NCBI GenBank assembly: GCA_036556625.1
Contig: DATBJC010000006.1
Span: forward strand, 7,653 to 71,652
Length of the DNA: 64,000 bases
Direction: 5' to 3'
Origin: Gemmatimonadales bacterium
GTDB lineage: Bacteria; Gemmatimonadota; Gemmatimonadetes; Gemmatimonadales; GWC2-71-9
The translations under genes were made by a program, and so were the position numbers. Under the pieces are notes generated by a model. That model saw nothing but the letters and a program-made list of their open reading frames with translations, did not search any database and was not told where the DNA came from. Below are positions 15,866-24,936 of the stretch, piece after piece (position 1 is the first letter of the stretch; each line of letters begins with the position of its first letter).

Positions 15866-18196
15866 CTAGCCCCCGATGGCGGCGACCGCCTCGTCCGCCA
15901 GCCAGCCCCGATGGGCGCCCGGCGCCTCCACCATCACCCATCCCGGAGAGTGGCGAATGATCCTGACCGCGCTGCCCGCCTCGACGGGAATCACGGCCGG
16001 CGCCAGCCCATGCGGTGACAACCGAAGGGTCGAGCGCTCGAGCACGACGGCGACCGGCTCGCGCAGCCAGGCCCGGAGGGCCAGGCCGGCGAGCACCGCC
16101 GCGGCGGAGAACACCAGCAGCACCACCCAGCGCTCGCGCACCCGCGGCCGTCTGGTCCAGCCCACCCATCCCGCAATCCATCCGAGGGATCCGAGCAGCA
16201 GCAGCTCCTCGGGACTCACCGGCGGGCTCCAGCTCCAGCGGGCCGACGTGGCGTCGGGCGGAGGAGTGAGGCGAAGCGCCTGCGTGACCTCGGTGGCCCG
16301 GGGCGCCAGCCGGCGGGCCTCGAGCCAGGCCGCCCGCGCGCGGCCGTCCTCCCCCAGGCGGAAGTAGGCCGCACCGAGGTTGTACCAGTGCGCTGCCACG
16401 GCGGGGGCCCGCTCGGCGCGATGGGCGAACCCCTCCGCTGCCGCCCGAAGCGAGCCGGCCTCATAGAGGGCTTCCGGGGAAGGCGCCTGCGCCCGCAGCG
16501 CGGACGACCAGAGCACCAACCCGAGTGACACCATCGCCGCGCCGCGAGCCATCCATCCTCGAAGGGAGCCCCCCAGCCGGCGGGCCAGCTCGCGCGCCTC
16601 AGCGGCAAGCGCGGCGTCCTCGGCTTTCCCTGCCCCCGGGCCGTATCTCCTGGCCAGCAGGCGCTCGCGCAGCGCCGCGACCCGCCCGGCCACCGCCGCA
16701 TCCGCGCCGGTAGCGCGAATAGCAGCGGCCAGGCCCGCTCCGGAGCGTCGCTGCGGATCGGGAACCAGCGCCCGGACGACCGCCTCCAGCTCTTCTTCGG
16801 CGGTTCTCAGGTCGCCCAGCGGCCGCGGACCGGCTCGGCGTCTCGGACGTGACCACCTGAGCGGCAGGCTCAACACCAGCGGGGGAGCCAGCAGCACTAT
16901 CAGCCAGGCCCAATCGGGAATGCCGGCTGCCAGGCGCCAGGCGAGCGGTGACGTGTCACCGCGCAGCAGCGGGGGCGGGAGCGCCGTCGAGGCCGTGGCC
17001 TCGCCCCCGGGCCCGACCACCACTGAAGCGGCTGGAAGCCCGGCCGTCAGGTACCGTTGCCCTCCGAGGTCGAAATAGGGGTAGCTCACCGCCGGAAGGG
17101 CCAGCGCGCCCACCGAGTCGGGGACCACCAGAAAGCGGAACGTCTTCCTGCCTCCGATTCGGCCCTCGGTGGCGTCCACCCGTTCCTCGACCCGGTCGCT
17201 GTAGGCGCGAGCGCCGGGCGGCCAGCGCATTTCGGGCGCCGGCCAGAGCGCGGTGTTCCCTTCACCCGTCAGCGTGACCTCCACCGCCACCCCTTCCCCG
17301 ACGCGGGCGGCCATCGGTGTGACCCGACGGTCGAGGATGAGGCCGCTGCCGATCGCACCACTGAACCCGGCGGGCCGACCACTGTCCGGCAGCGGGCTCA
17401 CCCGCAGCGTATCGGCCCGGCTGGTCAGCGCGTAGCGCTCTTCCTGGCTGAAGAACTGGAGAGCGACCGGCGTGCTGTACTTCAGGGTGGCACGGGGAAT
17501 GGGCACCATGCCGGGAAGCAGGGGGAAGACCACCTGGTGCGCGACGAAGAGATCGTACCAGCGGCCACCGATGTTGCGAGTCGCGGCGATTCCCGCGGGG
17601 CTGGCCTGGGGGTAACTCCACACGCCATCGATTACCGGCGGCTGGAGCGTTGGTGGCCGCCGGAGCTGGAGCCGGAGGTCACGAGGAAACCACGCGGCGG
17701 TCACGACATCCACCTGTTCGCCCACCCGCACTGAATCGTTCGAGACGATCAGATCCACCGCCGCCTCTCCAGCGATTGGTGGCCTAGCCCGTTCGAGCAG
17801 ATGCTTCAGCCGCGGACTCAGCGTCGAGGCGGTCGCCGCGCGGCTGGCCGTCACGTCCACCACGATCGCCGCGGCTTCCACGGTGTCTGGTCCCTGCACC
17901 GCTCGCGCCGGCCCCACCTGCCAGCGTCCGGGCCGGACCGCGCGAAGCCGGACCTCGAGCACCGTGGTGCGGGTGGGCTCGCCGCCGAGGGAGACCTCGG
18001 AACGCTCGCTCCGGGAGACGATCTCCAGGCCGTTAAAGGGAGACACGCTCACCTGCATCGGCAACGGCGAATGGCTCACCGCCCGCAGGGTGTACAGGAG
18101 GTCCTCTCCCACCGAGACCCGATCCTCATCCACCGAGGCATCCAGCGTCGGACCCCCGCCCTGGACCAGGGTCGCCAGCAGCGCCAGGGCGATCAC
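15866..18196 (-). CDS. batD: BatD-like oxygen-tolerance protein fused in frame to a BatE-like TPR/SH3 module
   Basis: GTG at 18196 overlaps the batB stop as GTGA (VIALALLATLVQGG signal). The N-terminal ~520 aa is BatD-like and ends with a TM helix (WAWLIVLLAPPLVLSLPL). An internal signal-like MARGAAMVSLGLVLWSSALRAQA follows, then TPR (WYNLGAAYFRLGEDGRARAAWLEARRL), 2 TM helices and an SH3-like tail. No stop occurs in the whole 2.3 kb. Confidence 0.6.
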   Translation of the reverse strand: MIALALLATLVQGGGPTLDASVDEDRVSVGEDLLYTLRAVSHSPLPMQVSVSPFNGLEIVSRSERSEVSLGGEPTRTTVLEVRLRAVRPGRWQVGPARAVQGPDTVEAAAIVVDVTASRAATASTLSPRLKHLLERARPPIAGEAAVDLIVSNDSVRVGEQVDVVTAAWFPRDLRLQLRRPPTLQPPVIDGVWSYPQASPAGIAATRNIGGRWYDLFVAHQVVFPLLPGMVPIPRATLKYSTPVALQFFSQEERYALTSRADTLRVSPLPDSGRPAGFSGAIGSGLILDRRVTPMAARVGEGVAVEVTLTGEGNTALWPAPEMRWPPGARAYSDRVEERVDATEGRIGGRKTFRFLVVPDSVGALALPAVSYPYFDLGGQRYLTAGLPAASVVVGPGGEATASTALPPPLLRGDTSPLAWRLAAGIPDWAWLIVLLAPPLVLSLPLRWSRPRRRAGPRPLGDLRTAEEELEAVVRALVPDPQRRSGAGLAAAIRATGADAAVAGRVAALRERLLARRYGPGAGKAEDAALAAEARELARRLGGSLRGWMARGAAMVSLGLVLWSSALRAQAPSPEALYEAGSLRAAAEGFAHRAERAPAVAAHWYNLGAAYFRLGEDGRARAAWLEARRLAPRATEVTQALRLTPPPDATSARWSWSPPVSPEELLLLGSLGWIAGWVGWTRRPRVRERWVVLLVFSAAAVLAGLALRAWLREPVAVVLERSTLRLSPHGLAPAVIPVEAGSAVRIIRHSPGWVMVEAPGAHRGWLADEAVAAIGG

Positions 18197-19830
18197 CAGT
18201 CTTTCACTCCCCCCGCCGAGCCGGCCTGAAGTCGGCGCTGCTGTTCGGCGCGGGTTTCCCGCTCCCGTCGCTCCATCGAGTTGAGGATCTGCTCCGCCTG
18301 ACTCTGGGAAAGCCCCTGGCGCCGGTCCTCGCCTTGCGGCTGTTGTTCGCGCTGACCGCCTCCGCCGCTGGGTGGAGGGTTGCCGCCCCCACCGCCACCG
18401 CCGCCGCTGGGGGGAGGCGGACGGCGCCGATCGGCCAGCTCCAGGTTCCACTTGGCACGGGCCGAGGAAGGTTGCAGCAGCAGGGCTTGCCGCAGCCGGT
18501 CCACCGCGTCCTCCAGGAATTCCTCCTGGCGTGTGGTGTCGGCTTCCGCGGCCAGCAAGCCGACCAGGCCGAGGTTGTAGAGCGCGCGATATCGAAGCGC
18601 GGGATCGAGCGACTTGGCCGCTTCAACCAGGGCACCGCGCGCCACATCCAGGCGCCCGGCTTCCAGCGCCGCGGTGCCGGCGTTGTAGAACGACGTGTCG
18701 CGTGCTGTACCCCGACCGGCCTCCGCCAGGAATTCCGCGGCGGCACCAGCGGGATTTCCGGCGGCCAGCGCCCGCTCGCCCTCGGCCGGACGCTGCGCCG
18801 TCGCCGCTCGCGCCGCGAGCGCGAGCCCGGCGAGACCGACGAGCGCGGGGCCTGGCCGGGCGAGGGTATACAGAATGAGCAGCAGCGCGGCCAGGAGTAC
18901 GGGAATCCAGGCGCGGGGAACCAGGTCGGCGGTGCGGGTCTCGGAGGAGGGGCTCCGCTTCATCGCGGCGACCAGATCGCGGACCGCGCCCGCCTGATCG
19001 GGGACCTCGCTGGGGACGAGCGTGCCCTCGGCCGCATCCACGATCGCCCGAAGGATGTCGTCGCGGCGCTGGGTCCGGACCACCGCGCCCTCGGCGTCCT
19101 GCTTGTACTCGGTGATGGTGCCGGCCGAGTCGCGGATCGGAATCCGAACCGGCTCCGGCTTCCCCTCGGCGACGACGATGAGCCGCACCCCCGCGTCCTG
19201 GAGCGCCTCCGCCTGCCCGACGATCTCGGGTAAGGTGTCGTGCGCCTCACCATCGCTGAAGAGCACCAGCACCCGGTCGGCGGCCTCGGTGGTGGCGCTC
19301 AGCAGCTCGGTGCCCTGCGCCAGCACGGCACGCAGATTGGAGCCGCCGCTGCTGGCCAGGTCGGGGTCCAGCGCGTCGAGGTACATGCGGATGGCGCTGC
19401 CGTCCACCGTCAGCGGCGCCAGGATGTAGCTCTGGCCCGCGAAGGCGATCAGTCCGAGCCGGTCGCCGCCCAGGTCTTCGATCAGCCGGCGGGCCTCGCG
19501 CACGGCGCGCTGCAGCCGGTTGGGCGAGACGTCCTCCGCCAGCATGGACCGGCTGATGTCCACGGCGAAGACCAGGCTCAGGGCCCGGGTCTGAGTCGTG
19601 ATCTCGGTCCGGCCCAGCCGAGGACCCGCCAGCCCGACCATCGCGAGCAGCGCCACCAGTCCGAGCAACAGCGGAGCCCAGCCGCCGCGCGCCTTCGCCA
19701 GCTTGGCGAGCGCGGGCGACCACCGGCGCGCCAGCCGGATCCGTCGGCCGCGGCCGAGCCAGGCCGCGAAGCCGATCGCGAGGGCGACGGCGGGGGACAG
19801 AAAGAGGAGCAACGGGGCGTCGAAGATCAT
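18193..19830 (-). CDS. batB: VWA-domain protein BatB fused to TPR (BatC-like) region and Gly/Pro/charged tail
   Basis: Two N-terminal TM helices. VWA MIDAS motif LVFAVDISRSMLAED. TPR: YNAGTAALEAGRLDVARGAL, YNLGLV. Tail: GGGGGGGNPPPSGGGGQREQQ...AEQILNSMERRERE. Confidence 0.75.
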   Translation of the reverse strand: MIFDAPLLLFLSPAVALAIGFAAWLGRGRRIRLARRWSPALAKLAKARGGWAPLLLGLVALLAMVGLAGPRLGRTEITTQTRALSLVFAVDISRSMLAEDVSPNRLQRAVREARRLIEDLGGDRLGLIAFAGQSYILAPLTVDGSAIRMYLDALDPDLASSGGSNLRAVLAQGTELLSATTEAADRVLVLFSDGEAHDTLPEIVGQAEALQDAGVRLIVVAEGKPEPVRIPIRDSAGTITEYKQDAEGAVVRTQRRDDILRAIVDAAEGTLVPSEVPDQAGAVRDLVAAMKRSPSSETRTADLVPRAWIPVLLAALLLILYTLARPGPALVGLAGLALAARAATAQRPAEGERALAAGNPAGAAAEFLAEAGRGTARDTSFYNAGTAALEAGRLDVARGALVEAAKSLDPALRYRALYNLGLVGLLAAEADTTRQEEFLEDAVDRLRQALLLQPSSARAKWNLELADRRRPPPPSGGGGGGGGNPPPSGGGGQREQQPQGEDRRQGLSQSQAEQILNSMERRERETRAEQQRRLQAGSAGGVKDW

Positions 19831-20801
19831 GGCACCCGCACCACCAGAGTGGTGCCCACCAGCAGCTCCAGCGCGAGCGCGCCGAGGCCGAGCAGGATGA
19901 GCGGGCGAGTTGCCTCGTCGTAGCGGGTGTAGCGGGTGACCTGCACCGGCGTCTTCTCCAGTGCATCGATCTGGCGGAAGATCCGGCTCAAGGCCTCGCT
20001 GTCCCGGGCGCGGAAATACCGGCCACCGGTCTTGCCGGCGATCTCCTTCAACAGCGGCTCGTCGATCCGGACCGGCAGCAGCTCATAGCGGAAACCTCCC
20101 AATCCTCGGCCGGTGGGGATCGGCGCCTCGCCGATGGTACCGACGCCGATGGTGTAGACCTTGATGCCGAAGGCTGCGGCGGTGGCCGCAGCGGTCCGCG
20201 GATCGATCAGCCCCTTGTTGTTCTCCCCGTCGGTCAGCAGCAGGATCACCTTGGACTTATCGGGCGCCCGCCGGAGACGATTGACCGCGGTGGCCAGCCC
20301 GCTGCCGATGGCGGTACCGTCTTCGAGGCTGCCGATCTTGAGGTCCATCACCGCCTGCTCCACCACCGGATAATCGAGCGTCACGGGAACCTGGGTGAGG
20401 GCCTCGCCCGCGAAGGCTACCAGTCCGATCCGGTCGGCGGAGCGCCCGCGGATGAATCCGACCGCCTGCCGCTTGGCGACTTCGAGCCGGTTCGACGGCG
20501 CGAAGTCTTCCGCCAGCATGCTGCTGGAGATGTCGATCGTGATGACGATCGCGATACCTTCCTGCTTCACCTCGACGGTATCGCCTCCCAGGCGGGGACC
20601 GGCAGCCGCGATGACGAGCGCGGCCAGCGCGGCAGCCCGAAACAGCGGGGGCAACATCACCCACCAGCGGTTGGCCGAGACCGCGGCGGGAAGACTGACA
20701 TCACTGAACCGGGCGGCGGGAACGTCCTGCCGGCGGCGCCGCCAGGCCCACAGCGGGATGGCCAGCAGCAGGAGCAGGAGAACCGGTCTGGCGAAGCTCA
20801 T
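19827..20801 (-). CDS. batA: VWA-domain protein BatA
   Basis: MSFARPVLLLLLLAIPLWAWRRRR...IVITIDISSSMLAEDFAPSNRLEVAK...LLTDGENN. ATGA overlaps on both sides. Confidence 0.8.
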   Translation of the reverse strand: MSFARPVLLLLLLAIPLWAWRRRRQDVPAARFSDVSLPAAVSANRWWVMLPPLFRAAALAALVIAAAGPRLGGDTVEVKQEGIAIVITIDISSSMLAEDFAPSNRLEVAKRQAVGFIRGRSADRIGLVAFAGEALTQVPVTLDYPVVEQAVMDLKIGSLEDGTAIGSGLATAVNRLRRAPDKSKVILLLTDGENNKGLIDPRTAAATAAAFGIKVYTIGVGTIGEAPIPTGRGLGGFRYELLPVRIDEPLLKEIAGKTGGRYFRARDSEALSRIFRQIDALEKTPVQVTRYTRYDEATRPLILLGLGALALELLVGTTLVVRVP

Positions 20802-21595
20802 GCGGCCTCCGGCACCAGCCGGGACTCCAGCTCCGCGGCCCTGCGGGCAAGCGACAGGGCGTCGGATCCCGTCCCATCGCCGAACCGCGCCTGGTCGAGC
20901 GCCCGCAGCAGGCTACTCAGCTCGTCCAGCGGCCATTGCGGCAGCTCCTCCGCGATTCGCGCCAGCACCGCCTCGGTGTCGAGGGACGCCGATGCGGCCG
21001 GCAGCCGCGCCGCGAGCGCCGAGCGGAGCCGCGAGGTGGCCACCGCCGCGACCGCCCGGGACTCTCCCGCTTCGGCCCAGCGCTCGAGGGGCGGCTTCGC
21101 CTGACTGAACCCGGCCCCGCCCGGCCGAGGCGCGGGACGCCCGCGCCGGCGCCACCAGCGGTGGAGCGGCACGAGCACCACGATCGCCAGCACGAGAAGA
21201 AGAATCAGGGGAATCGGCGTAGTGACGGGGCGGGGCACGAAGTCGGCCCGCGGTTGGGGCCGAAGACTGGTATCGGTGGCGGGGCGAGGAAGCACACTCC
21301 CAACGCGGAGCGTCACCGCTTCCGATCCCAGCGAATCCACCCCTCCATCGGACGCGAGCAGCAGCGGGCCCGGCACCTGGAGCGTGTGCGTGCCCGGCCG
21401 CCAGATCGCGAGCGGATAGGCCACGTCGGCTGAGCCACCGCGGAGCGTGATCCGGGGTGGACCCAGCAACTCCACCGGGTCGGCGACCTGCCAGTCGGCT
21501 GCCCGGAGCGTGCGCCCTGCGGGAAGGTCCACCGTACGGGTAACCCAGATCGTGTCCCCGACGGTCGGCGGTGCGCTCTGGGCGGCCTCGGTCAT
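20798..21595 (-). CDS. Membrane-anchored hypothetical protein of the MoxR/Bat operon (DUF4381-like position)
   Basis: Central TM IPLILLLVLAIVVLVPL followed by HRWWRRRGRP. It occupies the slot between DUF58 and batA. Family assignment is from context only. Confidence 0.45.
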   Translation of the reverse strand: MTEAAQSAPPTVGDTIWVTRTVDLPAGRTLRAADWQVADPVELLGPPRITLRGGSADVAYPLAIWRPGTHTLQVPGPLLLASDGGVDSLGSEAVTLRVGSVLPRPATDTSLRPQPRADFVPRPVTTPIPLILLLVLAIVVLVPLHRWWRRRGRPAPRPGGAGFSQAKPPLERWAEAGESRAVAAVATSRLRSALAARLPAASASLDTEAVLARIAEELPQWPLDELSSLLRALDQARFGDGTGSDALSLARRAAELESRLVPEAA

Positions 21596-22476
21596 CCCCG
21601 ATGAATCCGGCGGGCCCGGCGAGCGAAGGCGCGGCGGAGCGGGAGCGCATAGTCTCGGCCGGTCTCCAGCTCCACTTCATCCGCGCCCACCGAGGTCAGG
21701 GTACGGCTCCGCTCCTCCCGTCTCCGCTCGGCCAGCGCGGTGACCCGGGTTCGTACCTCACGGCTGCCGGTGTCTACCAGAACCCGACGGCCGGATTCGG
21801 CATCGAGCATCTCGATCCAGCCGGCATCGGGGAGCTGGTGCTCGCGGGGGTCGTCCACCGTGATGGCCACTACCTCGTGCCGAGCGGCGAGCCGCCGGAG
21901 GGGCCGCTCCCATCCCTCGGCGATGAAATCGGAGAGCACCACCACGATGCTGTGGTGGCGGAGCAGGCGGCTGGCATAGGAGAGACTGGCGGCGAGATTG
22001 GTTCGTTTGCCGGCGGGCTGAAATGCCACCAGGTCGCGGATCACCCGCAGCGCATGCCGGCGCCCCTTCCTCGGGGGAATCACCTGCTCCACCTGGTCGG
22101 CGAAGAGCAGCGCACCGACCCGGTCGTTGTGGAACGCCGCGGCGAGCGCGAGCACCGCCGCCACCTCGACCGCAAGCGCGGCCTTGGTGACCGGCTCACC
22201 GAAGCGGGTGGAGCCCGACTGGTCCACCAGCAGCATGAGCGTCAGCTCGCGCTCCTCGGTGAAGGTCTTCACGTAGGGGCTGGCGAGCCGGGCCGAGACG
22301 TTCCAGTCGATCGAGCGGAAGTCGTCCCCCGGTTGATAGGCGCGCACCTCGGCGAATTCCATTCCCTGCCCGCGGAACACCGATCGGTACTCCCCCGCGA
22401 ACAGCGTCCCCACCAGGCCGCGGGTGCGCAGCTCGATGGCTTTGACCTGCTTGAGGATTTCGGGGCTAACCGACAT
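21592..22476 (-). CDS. DUF58 protein (VWA-like, MoxR partner)
   Basis: GEYRSVFRGQGMEFAEVRAYQPGDDFRSIDWNVSAR is the DUF58 signature. Confidence 0.85.
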   Translation of the reverse strand: MSVSPEILKQVKAIELRTRGLVGTLFAGEYRSVFRGQGMEFAEVRAYQPGDDFRSIDWNVSARLASPYVKTFTEERELTLMLLVDQSGSTRFGEPVTKAALAVEVAAVLALAAAFHNDRVGALLFADQVEQVIPPRKGRRHALRVIRDLVAFQPAGKRTNLAASLSYASRLLRHHSIVVVLSDFIAEGWERPLRRLAARHEVVAITVDDPREHQLPDAGWIEMLDAESGRRVLVDTGSREVRTRVTALAERRREERSRTLTSVGADEVELETGRDYALPLRRAFARRARRIHRG

Positions 22477-22489
22477 GGTCGCAGAAGAA

Positions 22490-22512
22490 CGTGAAGCGTG
22501 AAACGCTTCACG
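22490..22512. repeat. Heptamer-built hairpin between moxR and DUF58 (GTGAAGC GTGAAAC / GCTTCAC GCTTCTC)
   Basis: cgtgaagcgt gaa acgcttcacg, a 10-bp perfect stem. The heptamer phase runs 22491-22518. It uses the same GTGAAGC word as the 49142..49238 palindrome. Confidence 0.7.
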
Positions 22513-22518
22513 CTTCTC

Positions 22519-23499
22519 CTAGGGAACTCTCACCGCGCCCAGCACCTTCGCCACCACGTCGTCGGTGGTGAGATCTTCGGCCTCCGCCTCGAACGTCAGC
22601 ACGACGCGGTGCCGCAGAACATCGGGCGCGAGGGCGCGCACGTCCTCCGGAACGACATAGGCGCGGCCCCGGAGGAAGGCGTGCGCCCGGGCGGCCTGGG
22701 CCAGCGCGATGGAGGCCCTGGGTGAGCCGCCGAAGGCGATCAGGGGCTTGAGCTCGAGCAGCCCGACGCTGCCCGGTTCGCGGGTCGCGCGGACCAGATC
22801 CACGATGTAGTCCACCACCTTCTGGTCCATGTAGAGCTCCGCGATGGCGGCCCGAGCGGCGATGATCGCGAGCGGCTGGAGCAGGCGCTCCACCGGGATC
22901 TCCTGGCCGCCGCTCATCCGCAGGAGCACTTCCTTCTCCTCATCGCGGCTGGGATAGCCCACGCGCACCTTCAGCATGAAGCGGTCGAGCTGCGCCTCGG
23001 GCAGCGGGTACGTGCCCTCCTGTTCGATGGGGTTCTGCGTGGCCAGCACCATGAACGGCTCGTCCAGCGGAAAGGTGGTGCCGCCGATGGTGACCTGGTG
23101 CTCCTGCATGGCTTCGAGCAGCGCGGCCTGAACCTTGGCCGGGGCGCGATTGATCTCGTCGGCCAGGATGATCTGGGCGAACAGCGGTCCTTTCTTGACG
23201 TGGAACTCCTGGATCTTCTGATCGAAGACCATGGTGCCGATGAGGTCGGCCGGCAGCAGATCCGGAGTGAACTGAATGCGCGAGAAGGAAGCGTGGATGA
23301 TCTCGGACAGGGTTCGGACGGCGAGCGTTTTGGCCAGCCCGGGAACGCCCTCGAGCAGGATGTGCCCCCCGGTCAGCAGACCGATGAGCAATCGCTCGAC
23401 CATGGCATCCTGGCCCACGATCCGGCGAGAGACCTCCTTGAGGATGCGTGGGACCGGCAGCGTCTCCGCTGGCTTTTCCGTCAGCTTCGGCGCGCTCAC
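22519..23499 (-). CDS. MoxR-family AAA+ ATPase
   Basis: GTG start at 23499 with an AGGAG 10 nt upstream. Motifs: HILLEGVPGLAKT (Walker A), ILADEINRAPAKVQAALLEAMQE and ATQNPIEQEGTYPLPEAQLDRF. Confidence 0.9.
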   Translation of the reverse strand: MSAPKLTEKPAETLPVPRILKEVSRRIVGQDAMVERLLIGLLTGGHILLEGVPGLAKTLAVRTLSEIIHASFSRIQFTPDLLPADLIGTMVFDQKIQEFHVKKGPLFAQIILADEINRAPAKVQAALLEAMQEHQVTIGGTTFPLDEPFMVLATQNPIEQEGTYPLPEAQLDRFMLKVRVGYPSRDEEKEVLLRMSGGQEIPVERLLQPLAIIAARAAIAELYMDQKVVDYIVDLVRATREPGSVGLLELKPLIAFGGSPRASIALAQAARAHAFLRGRAYVVPEDVRALAPDVLRHRVVLTFEAEAEDLTTDDVVAKVLGAVRVP

Positions 23500-23534
23500 G
23501 CTCGAGAGCTCCTGGGATTGGATTGGGGAAAGAT

Positions 23535-23553
23535 AGCCGGGGGCGCCGCCGGC
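23535..23553 (-). terminator. Weak candidate terminator hairpin downstream of rluB
   Basis: agccgg ggcgccg ccggct, followed on the minus strand by atctttcccc. The stem is short. Confidence 0.3.
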
Positions 23554-23623
23554 TCAGCCATCGCGGTCGTCAGGGAACGAGGTACCTCATGCCGCTCCCG
23601 ACGCTGCCAGGTGGAGCCCTGTT

Positions 23624-24355
23624 TCACTCCTCCTCCGGCGACAGGCGCACCGCCTTGTAGAGCCCGGTCTCCTCACGGGGAGTGAGGGGCCGGTAGCGTC
23701 CCGGCGCCAGATCTCCCAGCCGCACTGGTCCGTACGACAGCCGCGCCAGCCGGTCCACCCGGAGCCCCATCGCCTCCGCCCAGCGCCGGACGATCCGGTT
23801 GCGCCCCTCGGTCAAGGTCACGTCGAGAATGCTCCGGCCCTCGGTGCCCGCTCGCACCCGCACGTCGGTGGTCACGACCGGCCGTCCGTCCACCACGACC
23901 CGCTTCCGCAGTGCGTCGACGATCTCCGCCATGGGCCGGCCGTGCACCAGTGCGGTATAGCGGCGTTCGATGCGGTAGCGGGGGTGCGTGAGGCGGTGCA
24001 CCGCCTCGCCGTCGGTAGTGAGGAGGAGAAGGCCCGTGGTGTTCAGGTCCAGCCGGCCGACGTAAGTGAGACCGGCGGCGTCGGGAATGAAGTCGAAGAC
24101 GGTGCGGCGACCCTCTTCATCGGCCGCGGTGGTGACGACGCCCATCGGTTTGTGAAAGGCGAGCCAGCGGCGCGGGCGCTGCCGGACCTGGCGTCCCGAC
24201 ACCGTAATCCGCTGGTGGTCGGGGTCTACCTTCATGCCCAGGGTGGCGACGGCGCCGTCCACCCGCACCTTGCCCTGCTCGATCAACTCCTCGGCGGCCC
24301 GGCGTGAGGCGACCCCGGCGCGGGCGAGAGCCCGCTGGAGCCGCATCTCGGTCAC
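23624..24355 (-). CDS. rluB: Pseudouridine synthase, RsuA/RluB family (S4 domain)
   Basis: RLQRALARAGVASRRAAEELIEQGKVRVDG (S4) and YVGRLDLNTTGLLLLTTDGE (catalytic Asp motif). The GTG at 24355 overlaps the scpB stop; an ATG at 24346 is an alternative. Confidence 0.8.
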   Translation of the reverse strand: MTEMRLQRALARAGVASRRAAEELIEQGKVRVDGAVATLGMKVDPDHQRITVSGRQVRQRPRRWLAFHKPMGVVTTAADEEGRRTVFDFIPDAAGLTYVGRLDLNTTGLLLLTTDGEAVHRLTHPRYRIERRYTALVHGRPMAEIVDALRKRVVVDGRPVVTTDVRVRAGTEGRSILDVTLTEGRNRIVRRWAEAMGLRVDRLARLSYGPVRLGDLAPGRYRPLTPREETGLYKAVRLSPEEE

Positions 24356-24936
24356 GACTCCGCCTCGACGTACGCGGCCGCGTCGTCCTCCCCTTCCGTA
24401 GTCGGCCGATGGGGCTGCAACGCAATCGTGAGCTCCTCGGCGCGCGGCAGATCGGCCAGATCGCGCAGCCCGAGCAGCTCCAAGAACATCGGTGCCGTAC
24501 CGTACAGCATCGGACGGCCGAGCGCCTCGCTCCGCCCGACTACTTCGATCAAGCCCCGCTCCTGAAGCGATCGCAACACACCACCGGCTGAGACCCCCCG
24601 GATCTCCTCGATCTCGGCGCGGCCGACCGGCTGGCGGTAGGCGATGACGGCCAGCGTCTCCAGGGCGGCGGCGGTCAGCTTGGGGGCCCGCACCGAGAAC
24701 TGAGCTCGCTCGATCGCCGCGGCATGCACCGGACGGGTGAGGACCTGGAACCCGCCGGCCAGCTCGACCAACTCGACACCGTGCTGCTCGAAGTCGTAGT
24801 GCTCGCGGATCTGTTCCAGTGCCACCCGGACGTCGGCCAGGGTGGCATCCTGGTCCAGGGCGGCGAGCTCTTCCACGGTGAGCGGGCGGGCGGCGCTGAA
24901 GAGCGCGGCCTCAAGCAGCTGGGCGAGCGGTGTCAC
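24352..24936 (-). CDS. scpB: Segregation and condensation protein B
   Basis: LEAALFSAARPLTVEELA...LETLAVIAYRQPVGRAEIEEIRGVSAGGVLRSLQERGLI. GTG start. Confidence 0.88.
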   Translation of the reverse strand: MTPLAQLLEAALFSAARPLTVEELAALDQDATLADVRVALEQIREHYDFEQHGVELVELAGGFQVLTRPVHAAAIERAQFSVRAPKLTAAALETLAVIAYRQPVGRAEIEEIRGVSAGGVLRSLQERGLIEVVGRSEALGRPMLYGTAPMFLELLGLRDLADLPRAEELTIALQPHRPTTEGEDDAAAYVEAES

